A stretch of 64,000 nucleotides of DNA from Pecten maximus (Eukaryota): contig NC_047018.1 of assembly GCF_902652985.1 (NCBI RefSeq), positions 27,404,001 through 27,468,000 on the forward strand. Reading direction: 5' to 3'. The first letter of the stretch is position 1; the number at the start of each line of letters is the position of its first letter. Shown here piece by piece: positions 24,285 through 39,397 of the stretch. The translations under genes and the position numbers were made by a program. The notes under the pieces are model-generated. The model ran no database searches and was not told the origin of the DNA. It saw only the letters and a list, made by a program, of their open reading frames with translations.

Positions 24285-26298
24285 CTAGTCTTTTAACTGA
24301 GCTTCGTCCTCTCTATCACTGCATATCATGGTTGGTTGTTGGTCATTATCATGTCTCTGCAGAACTTCTCTACATCTACTGCAATCCTGTTCTGTTGATC
24401 GAAGAACTACTTGTAGATCAGGGCTAAACTGTGTGGCCAGGTCAACTTCCAGCATATGACATCGAACTGAAAAAAATGAACTGAAACACTTGATACGTCA
24501 AGTTTTGTTGTTTTTTTTCTCTGAATTGCTTCAGTGAAAAACTTTACAGTATCACAAAGAATACTTCATTCAAAACATATGCATATTTACTAAGACAATA
24601 TAAGTAGGAAGTAATAACTGCAACATCCTCAAGCGTTACCGATAAGTTGGAACTTTATTGTCTACTAGTTCCGACCCTATCGCAGGGTCTTCATCAGGAC
24701 GCTTGAGGATGTTGCAGTTATTACTTCCTACTTATATTTAATTATTTACTCTAACTGCCCGGCATACCTATAAGGTATCCAGACTCAACGTGAAGTACCA
24801 CACTGAGAAAACCCACTGATTTCCAGCTGACGTTGGCTCCTTTCAGGCTTTCTCCTCCTTAGTATTTTACTAAGACAAGAATCACATGCTATTAAAATTC
24901 CCTTTAGCTAAAAACAAATCTTGAGTAGTGAGTACTAGCGGGTAATGCAAAATTTTATAAGGACTACTTATTTCTTGAACAGTAGATTTTATATTTTTCT
25001 TGGGGAAAAAAATTATTTTCACAATTAACATCAGAAATGGTAAGGAAACACAAAAGTAGCAACAATATTGTTAGATTGATAAAAGTGAAGTTTATCATAC
25101 TATATAAAATCTTACAATCATTATCAAGGTTATGCAGCATTTATTTGTCCTAGCTTCCTTGTAATAGGAAGGAGTAATGTAAAATAGCCTGCCCGTACAG
25201 GGCTTCAAACTAACAACCTCTTGTTCTCAAGGCAAAAACCATACTACTAGGCTAAGGCCTCGAATTAGTGACCTCTCATAATCAAGGCAAACATCCGACC
25301 ACCACAAAGCTAACGGGGAATTCCCACTAGCCTGAGCTCAGTAAGGTGAATTTATGCTCTCTGCTTTTACATATGTAGCAGGCCAGGCTTTAATTTTAAA
25401 TACTGTACATAGTTGTATGGTCGCCTTCTAGCTTCGGGCTAGGGGGAATTTCCCTTTAGCTCAGTCGGTAGAGCAGCGGACCAGTAAGCCGAGGGTCGTG
25501 GGTTCGATCCCTGCTGGCTGCACACTACTCCTTGAACTTTTACACATACTTACCACTGTGTTTGATCATGACCTCCTTCAGATTGTTCAGGTCTCTATTC
25601 ATGCGGTCTATTTCATTCATTGCTACATTGTGTGTGTAATTCAGAAGTTCAGGTTTGGGACATTGCACCATGTCCTTCTCTTCAACTTGACTACAATTGA
25701 AAATTGACTTCAATATCAATATTCTAATTCATGCATTAACCTATATACATTATCACATGGACAGATCCCCTCCTATTGGAGTTTACTGTGTTCTCTCATC
25801 TATCAATTTCAAATTACTTTATAATACCGGTTTAAAATTGTGCATATTTTTGTATCTTTATTAGGTTATGAAATCCTAGAAATTATTAATTTGGAGAACA
25901 GCAGAAGAATTTATTGTAACATCTCATGAGATAACTCCATTGATTATGAGCAGTAATTACAATAGCCTAGTTTCATTTAATAGGTCCTATACCGTGGCTG
26001 AACGTGCAAAATTTTAAATGTGAAAACATACTAATTACTGAAGTACAACATTATCTTCTGTTAATTACAGTGTTGATGTGGAATAGTCGGGATATCTTAG
26101 CATGCTACAGTAGTATCAAGATTTAGCTCCCTTCCATTGAGATTTGCAGGAAAATCTGCCGAAAGGGTTATTGTATTAGCCTAATATTAGAAAAGTTACT
26201 TGCTCTTATTATCATCTCTTATGTATTCTGCATCAAAACACATACCATAAACTGTACATAACTTACCATTTCCTTTGTGATCCACTAAAATTTGACAT
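24285..26298 (-). CDS. SYCE3: synaptonemal complex central element protein 3 (SYCE3)-like, 116 aa, 3 exons
   Basis: Exons 26298-26267, 25690-25554, 24466-24285 (GTAAGT donors, AG acceptors, 351 nt, open frame). Protein: MSNFSGSQRKCQVEEKDMVQCPKPELLNYTHNVAMNEIDRMNRDLNNLKEVMIKHSVRCHMLEVDLATQFSPDLQVVLRSTEQDCSRCREVLQRHDNDQQPTMICSDREDEAQLKD. It aligns by eye to human SYCE3 as recalled from memory (PEERNY...LNKDLEKLLEEMEKISV...D...NPTL...RRLE...CKE). Confidence 0.7.
24599..24865 (-). mobile_element. Penelope-like element terminal (pLTR) fragment with inverted segment
   Basis: 13-bp TSD TTTACTAAGACAA (24586-24598, 24866-24878). Perfect 40-bp inverted repeat 24597-24636 / 24699-24738. Minimal hammerhead followed by AATAAA on the minus strand. 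Confidence 0.75.
24660..24700 (-). ncRNA. minimal type I hammerhead ribozyme (Penelope-type), core variant GGAA
   Basis: Minus strand: GTC-CTGATGA-A-GACCCT-GCGAT-AGGGTC-GGAA-CTAG-TA-GAC. Palindromic stem III ACTAGT; the canonical GAAA reads GGAA. Confidence 0.75.
25450..25522 (+). pseudogene. tRNA-derived sequence (SINE head / pseudo-tRNA, AGT in the anticodon position)
   Basis: A box TAGCTCAGTCGG, D arm GCTC/GAGC and B box GGTTCGATCC are present. The acceptor stem (TTCCCTT / TGGCTGC) cannot pair and the anticodon stem has two mismatches. Confidence 0.7.
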
Positions 26299-26926
26299 TT
26301 TCTTCGAGTTGGATTTTGCCACCGTCGAAACTTCAGCTCCCACTTCAGCAGACGAGTCTCGGATTTGTTGACTTTTTTAAATGACTGATCTATTATGAAA
26401 TTTCTATTTTAATATCCTTTTTATTTGTGATTCTTACATTAATGATCACTCAAAATTATTTCATTTAAACAAAAACACAATGTTTTTATCCAATGGAAAT
26501 TTGATAGTCATTAAATGCAGTCGGACGAGTTCATTTTTGGTTGAAGGGGTGATGGCCGTATTTAGAATTAAGGATGCGTGTCTCATCACAATACACGTAA
26601 ACATAAATTAAAAACGAATTTGAAAGTTGCTTCAAATCATTCCTTCTTTTGACATCATGACCTTGGTGTCCGGAGTCAACTTTATATTTCAAACGACTTG
26701 TTGATAGATTATTAGACAACTGAGAACATGCTAGGCTAAATTCATGTAACGTGTTATAGGATAATTAGACCCTAGGTCTATCTTCCTTTTAGATGAAACA
26801 TATCTTGACCTTATATCATTCTTCAAATATGCCCAGGGAAATGGGTAATTAACTTGTATGTATGATGCATATTGTCAATATCGTATTGGGATAAGAATAT
26901 GTCAGTCTGTTTAGACCTCAGGACTC

Positions 26927-27209
26927 TATGGGGCGCCGTTTTACTATTTATTCCCATTTGGTGATATCACCTATTCGAATAGGTGATATCACCTATTCGA
27001 ATGAGTGATATCACCTATTCGAATAGGTGATATCACTCAAGAACTTTTTAAAGTGATATCACCTATTCGAATAGGTGATATCACCTATTCGAATGAGTGA
27101 TATCACCTATTCGGATAAGTGATATCACCTATTCGTTTCATAAGTGATATCACCCATTCGAATAGGTGATATCACCAAATGGGAATAAATAGTAAAACGG
27201 CGCCCCATA
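26927..27209. mobile_element. MITE with IS3EU-type termini and internal palindromic 22-bp repeats
   Basis: Long TIRs TATGGGGCGCCGTTTTACTATTTATTCCCATTTGGTGATATCACC; 6-bp TSD GGACTC (26921-26926, 27210-27215). The interior is tandem GGTGATATCACC-TATTCGAATA. Confidence 0.9.
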
Positions 27210-28805
27210 GGACTCAGGGCCTTTACCAAAGTCCAATGTCAAATGTGCCCTGGATCATTGCTTTGAATTATGTTCAAATGAATGAAATCTGACCACTTTC
27301 AGGGTCACCATCGTGGTCAAATGTGGTGAAGTCTTCTGGGATGGACAAAAGGCGTCTCGATATATGGGCCAGACATGCTGCAGTATAACGGCCAAATTAT
27401 TGGTTGGATGTTTAATTTGAGGTCATGTTACTATTTCTTTGATATTTTCAGCAAATATTTCAATTGGTGTCAAAGTCCAAATACACCAAATGCGAATGCG
27501 GTCGCCACTGTGAAAATTCCTCTCATTTCCTATTACACTGTAAAAACTATCGAACCCGTAGCAAAGTGCTTTAATCCCTAACTGGTACAACGAAATGTCA
27601 GTGGATCATTTTCTCTTTGGGGACGCAAAGCTTGATATTAACCATAATAAAATTCTTATTTGCAGGTCTGTACAAATGTTTTTATCAGGATCTAACAGAT
27701 TTAACATTTAATATGAGTTTGTCCAATCAAATACCAAGGTTGCTAATTCTATTCTCTTCATTTTCTTGCTCAATTCTGTTCTTTTCCTTTTCTTTCTTTC
27801 TCTTTCTGACACTCTCCTATCCAATCTAAATCCCTCTTTCCAACACCAACTGTGCATTAGTAGCAGAAAAATGTTTGATCGTTTTTATATCTGTTAATTT
27901 GACGTCGTCTTAAATTTACTTTGGTTTCACTGATCTTGTCGACGAAGGAAGTTAAGGATACCAAAGAAGGATTACGAGTGAACATGGCGAACGATACTGA
28001 GCACATGATGTGGCGAACATTAAAAAGTAGGACTAATGTGTGTTAGAAAACCAGTCTACTTACGTCGACAAGACAAGATAAACCACATTTCTTCATCTTA
28101 CAAAACTCTACACAACTTTACATTCTATTTTTTGTTGGTGTTATCTATTCCGCTTCTTTCTAACTTTTAATCCCCGTCTCCGTTAAAATACAATATTAGT
28201 ATAAATAATCTACAGCGTGACAAATTATATATACACCCTTGTTACTGAAAGGACGTAAGTTGTATAACTTTTGTCCAATCCATTTGCTTTTATCTGCAAT
28301 AAAATTGATTCAAACTGACAAAACGCCCATTAGATCAAATATGTATAGTTAAAAGGCCGACATCGTAGTCTGACTGTGGCCCTTTGTTTTTCTTCCAGGG
28401 AAATGTTAACATTCATTTCTAAAGCATTTGGCTACAATAAAAAAAAATAACATTCTTAATAGAGGCACCAGGATAACAAAGACAAGCGGGTTTTTTGTTG
28501 TATGAGGCGCCACACATTAAATAAATCATCTGTTAGAGTGAAGCGAAGGGAAGTTTCCCGGACCTGGGAGTGGAATTTTGACAATAAATTCAAATTGTTC
28601 GAGACTAAAAGTACGTAAAAAAAAAAAAAACCCAAAAAAACCCAAGAGATCCCAGAGGGATCTTTGCGCCCACAATTGAATGATCCATATCGGTCATCAG
28701 TCAAATGAAAGACTGATATTATCTCTTTTTCTTTATTCACTATTCCTCAACTTTATATAATAGGATATAACATGAGTAACCCACAATTGTCAAAATCCGG
28801 CGGAC

Positions 28806-29132
28806 AATGAATATAGCAAAATTGCAATCATTCGGGATCGTTTTCTAGAGAGCAAGTTGCACGAATTCATCGAAGCTTTCAAAGTTATATCTGACAGGCG
28901 CGGATCCAGGATTTTAGAAAGGAGGGTCCAGTAATTTAGTGATAATGCGAGCGCCGTAGATGCGAGCCGATTTTTCTTCTTCTTCTTTTTTTTTTGCGAG
29001 GGGTGTGCTAAGGCCCCAGCGGGTCCATGGCTGCGCCCTGAAAGGGAAATGAATATAGCCGCAATCATTCGGGATCGTTTTCTAGAGAGTAAGTTGCACG
29101 AATTCATCGAAGCATTCAAAGTTATATCTGAC
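28806..29132. repeat. ~85-90-bp direct duplication flanking a short MITE-like insert
   Basis: 28806-28895 repeated at 29048-29132. The insert 28895-29040 begins CAGGCGCGGATCCAGG and ends GGCTGCGCCCTG. Confidence 0.8.
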
Positions 29133-30869
29133 GTGACTTTCATGTGCGAGAATAATATCGAAAGTTTGTAACTTGCTCGTGTAGAGAAAGTTATTGACTT
29201 TTCATTAATACACCATATCTAGAAAGTCAACATGGACTAAAACAAAAATAAAAGACTTTTAAAACAGTTTTTCGCTAACGGATCAGAAATCAAATCGGAG
29301 GTCGCAGTGTGTTACGCGTGCGTGCGTGAACGTTCATAATATTAAGCTTCAACTTTCGGCCATATTATTTTTTGATTTGATTAAAACATGTTTTATTTGC
29401 ATCAATATATACAAAAGGATTGGGCAAAGGCTTTCAAACTGTATGAAGCCATTTCCCAATTATATATATGTTTTTAAATCTATCCACAAATGACAATCAT
29501 AACATGGGATCATCGCAAGCATACATTAGAGAAAATTAATTCCATTACTTTCTGTGAAATTAAGATATGAACAGCACCCATTTTCAATCTATTTCCTGTT
29601 TAGGCAGCCGCAGAGATATCCTCAAGAATTTTGAAGGCTATAAAAAATTGTCCTCCGACGAAAAAGGGGGTGGGGAGAGTCCTGTCGGCCATGTTGTTAT
29701 CTGATCGATCCCAAAATGCAATGCACAACAAGGTATCAAGATGAACTTACATGCGAAATTTGGGAAAGATCCCTTTTAGTACTTTCTGAGAAATAGCAAT
29801 AACATGAATTGTTTACTGATGATGGTGGGCTGAAAAGCTGATATTGGAGGGAGGAACACTGAGAAAACTTGATTAATATTGAAATAATGTATACTTAAAC
29901 CTCATTATTTCTGTCCATTTGGTCAGAGACATATATATATATATGTCTCTGATTTGGTGTGGAGGTAAAAACCCAATAATGAGAAAACAGTCCTAATTAA
30001 ACATCATTTCATAGAAGAAAGCCTATTAATAAAATTGCCAAACACACATGTCTATTTCAATTTTCATTTATTCTACATCATCAAACAGCACTGTATTATT
30101 AATCATCACATAAATAGATCCATTCAGTTACACTTTTACTCCAAAACTATCCAGCTGCACAATAATGTAGTTCAAGATTAACAGCAGAGCTTTCAGCTTT
30201 CCTTCAAGTCATATTAATTCTCCATAAATATAACAATGTGTTCGCACACAAAAAATCATTTGTATGTGAAGAGATATATCTCTTAATCTATATTTTACAA
30301 ATTGGTAACATAATATGTAAAGTTGTTTGAAACAGGCCTTAATCCACAGCTGTTGTAACGATATTCGAATGATCATTAAAAATACTGATAGAGTTGATAT
30401 CTACAGAATGGTGAGAGCGATTTCCTAAGTATAAACATAGAATATGAACAGGTGGGTCCTCCAGATGTCCAGTTGACATTGATACCCTATAATAGCCAAA
30501 CAAGTGATTTCTATGTCTAAAATCAGCTGTAAATGTAAACTTCACTTTCAGAGACTCCACCACTGGTTAACATGAATAAAAAACTGTTTTTCCAGAATAG
30601 TAGTAGTTCACTATTTATCTTTAAGTACGTCTACATGCAGCACTGATGTCTATTATGACTTAAAAGCTGTGTACTGGTCAATATGGACTAGAGCAGGTTG
30701 CAGGTGCACCACTCAGAAGTATGACAACAAGTCTGTCCTTTGGACAATTTGATTGCTGGGTGAACATCCAGGGTAAAACATTTTTTTTTAACAAAATGTG
30801 TGACTAGTGATTAAGCTGTTTTCTACCACAATACCCTGTGTTATTCAATTCTCAGACCATCAGGTAATC

Positions 30870-31240
30870 ATTACAGCTGTTGATTAACAATCTGTTTAAA
30901 CCACACGTGGTATAAACTCTGTACGCATTTCGATTGGCTAACACGGTGAACTTTGACCCAAGCTGCAATTGTTATTGACGTCATCAATAATCCAATGACG
31001 TCACATCACCGGGTCCCGGACGTCACCGGTACACTTTATTTGCATATGCGAAATTATACTTGGCCACGTTTCCCTTTGATTCAAGATGATATTATTGTGG
31101 TAGAAACAGGTCACACGACTCGAAATTGCTGGATATGGAATTTATTTCACACTCGTAAGTTATTTTTTAAAAGTTGCAAAAACTCGTGTGAAATAAATTC
31201 CATATCCAACAACCACTCGTTGTGTAACCTCTATATATAC
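30870..31240. mobile_element. probable non-autonomous DNA element with subterminal inverted repeat
   Basis: Perfect 22-bp inverted repeat 31131-31152 / 31186-31207; CpG-rich relative to flanks. Family not assignable by eye. Confidence 0.45.
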
Positions 31241-31469
31241 ACTACTTCTGAGATAAAACCGCAATGTTATATCTACAACAATAAACACATTATATCACAA
31301 ATCTGTATCTAGGTAATTATTGGGAAAATTGAACAACAATTACACATACTATCAACCTTGGTATACAGGCAAGCATTCAAGGTACAATTTTAGGCCACCA
31401 TATGTCTATTGTGTTGTTATATGATTGTAACATATTTTGATTTTAACAACCTACTATTCACTTCACTTA

Positions 31470-31985
31470 CATGTCATTAACTACACGAGACTGTTAACTA
31501 CACTAACCTGTCATTAACTACCACATATATTGTTAACTACACTAACCTGTCATTAACTGCCACAGATATTAACTACACTAACCTGTTATTAACTATCAAA
31601 GTTGATTGTTAACTACATTAACCTGTCATTAACTACCACAGATATTGTTAACTAAATTAACCAGTCATTAACTACCACAGCCTATTGCAAGTGATTACAA
31701 CTTTGAAATGTCATTACTTCCACAACCTATCATTAACTAAACTTACCTGCCATTAAAAATCACAACATGTGGTTAATTAATTTAACCAATCATTTACTAC
31801 TTCAACCTAGGGTTAACTAAATTAACCTGTCATATACTACCTCAGCTTATCGTGAACTATATTAACCTGTCATTAACTATCACAGCCTATTGTTAACTTC
31901 ATTAACTTGTCAATAACTACCTCAGCCTACTGTTAACTATATGAACTTGTCATTAACTACAACAAGTTAACTACATGTCATTGAT
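31470..31985. repeat. degenerate ~38-bp tandem repeat
   Basis: TAACCTGTCATTAACTACCACAGATATTGTTAACTACAC-like units. Confidence 0.8.
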
Positions 31986-32287
31986 TTGAACAATTTGTTG
32001 TAAATCACATGTTCTATTACACAAACAAAATTTGGATTTGATATCTGACAAACACTGTTGACTGATAGATTACATTAACTCTGTGATGTCTATACAAAGA
32101 AAATAATGGAACTAGCAAAATAGATAGCACCTGAATGACAAATATTTGTATCTGGTTGATATCCAAAATCAATAAAAAATAAATAACAATAGAACAATCA
32201 TGTGATACAATCAACATTAATCGTTGGGTGTATAATCATATCAAAATTTGAAAAAAAATATTTATCACATCATTGACTAACTATATG

Positions 32288-37148
<4,861 letters not shown>

Positions 37149-39397
37149 TCATTCATCGCCAAAAAGGAATAAATCTTCTTCAACACAGAGCTCCTTATCA
37201 GTAGGAATTATATTCTTCACGGAACCGGAAATGGAAATGGCAGGTGCCCTCCCAATGACGATAGTCGAAAGAGACCATTCAGTATTTCTTTTCCGTTGAA
37301 GTTTGAAAACTGATTTGTGACACAATAAAAGTTGTTTTATTCCAATAAATCAATTTCATAACGAAGTCTTGACTTAAACAAAAAATATTGGTTAGGAGGT
37401 GTCGTAAAATGCATATTCCCATTTACGGTACATTAACGCACGAGTCTATTTCAAAACACATGTGAACGAAAACATTTTACAAACCACGTTGAATACGCTG
37501 AAGAACACCAGGAATGTAAGACTGTTTATACACCATTTTAAGTTTATATAATAATTCAATATCATATTTAACTTAAATACGTTTGAAGAACTAAATCCTT
37601 TGTTTAATTTGTTAGATTTTATTTAAATCGTGAGGGTATTTGTTATACAGCGTAAACGTAACAGCATCTGCGATCGGTTTGTAAATCAAAATATATTATA
37701 CTTTAAACCTACCACAATATAATGTCTCTTGCTTATCCATAAATTGGTCCAATGAAGTGTTTGTCCTGAAATATTACCCATTTTACAAAAAAACACCAAA
37801 CGGTTTTTCGAATATTAATGTATTTAGATCTAGTACTGTACAGTTCCCATGGGGCCAGTCTCCTTTATTGACCGACATTATACCATAGGGTGCAGTGGAG
37901 GAGGCCGTGTTTGAATCACATCCGGTAGTGTTGTACACATTAACATAGATCAATGGCCACAGATCATCGGACTTCAGACATGATGCCAATAATGACACAA
38001 AATGTCCTGTCTGAAATTCATGTATTATGTATTATGTAAATCCTTACAAAAACTCTTTCTTCATAAGAACAGTAGTTGACTGGAAGATTTGGTTGTGTGC
38101 GCCAAAACAGTCAAGGGATTCAAAGTATCCCTATCAAAGCAGTGCAAATAAAGGCATTGCCCTCTCTCCCTCCTTCGCGTAAAAAAACAGAATTGGGACA
38201 TTCAATGTAACGATACAGATACAGATATAAAGAAAGCCAGAGTTTCCTCTGGCCCTCAGACAATTGTAATTTGGAGAGGTATATATATACCAAGGGATGA
38301 ACATATCTTCCAAATATGTGATAAAAGAAACATTAGAGATGAGTATCATTATATATTTGAATGTACATGTTCTGCTTAAGAAACTGTTACCTACCATCCA
38401 GAGAAAACGCTGTTCAGTTATTATTATTATTATTCACGGCATAGAGAACTTACAATTGATGTTTGTTTAAAATCACCCATGCATATCCAATACTACTTGA
38501 ATCAGTAGGGACTAGAAAATCTGAGCACAGGTAAACGTTCTTTATTTCACACCTGATTACATTTCACATATCATGCTGGTAAGACAATTGGGGAACTTGA
38601 TAAGTCCCGAGTGTTCCAAGTGAAACTGTATTGAGAATTCCGAACAGAATTTTTTGATTTTTACAAATGCGGAAGATATTTCTTGGAAACCTTTTGCGGC
38701 GAATTTAAAAGGGGGCGAATTTTTTTGTGTTGCTCAAGGGCGAAAATAACCTGGTACCGCCCAGTCGTGGTGGGTGACGTGATAAGCATTCATATCTAGT
38801 CAAAACAATCCACAGGTGTCCCAATTAGTGATGGATAATTTTACAGGTATCAAATAAGTTTTGTAGATTAGGCCTATTTGAAAGCAGACATGTTAATGTT
38901 CTGACCTAATTTAATCAACATGTATCACCAATTTTTACAATAGCGCTTTCGTAAATGCAACAGGTTATGTAGACTATGCTTTCAATGTATTAAACGGACC
39001 ATTCATTACAATTATATATCAATAGTTTCTGATTTAAATAAAATATATAACCATGCGGAGACTCAACATTTACATATCTAACCTATATACAAATATGTTT
39101 AACTTAAGTGTCACAAATGAAACATGTACTGTTTTAGGGGCCTATAGCTTCACAATGTCCGAGCGGCTTCACGATTAATAATTATAAGCGGTAACCATAA
39201 GAATGATCGCGAAATGAAGGAAGTTTACGATCAATTAAGTTTTAATTTAAAAAAAAATACTTCAGGGAGTCGTCGTTACATATCAGATTTACATTGGATG
39301 TGTTTGTGTCTAATGGTTTTACTTTTTTGCTGAGAAACATAGTTTTTTACTCCATGTTAACAGTGTTAAATAGTTGGAACGTAATAAAGCAATGTTA

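Noticed and set aside
25450-25522. Functional tRNA-Thr(AGT)
   Set aside because: The acceptor stem cannot pair and the anticodon stem is broken; treated as a tRNA-derived repeat.
25682-26269. Split ATG|TCA AGT TGA as the start of the small gene (tiny uORF or frameshift site)
   Set aside because: An upstream ATG at 26298 in good context gives a continuous frame through all three exons, so no recoding is needed.
27922-28085. Small inverted-repeat element (TCTTGTCGACG / CGTCGACAAGA)
   Set aside because: Only 11 bp perfect and no TSD found; too weak to call.
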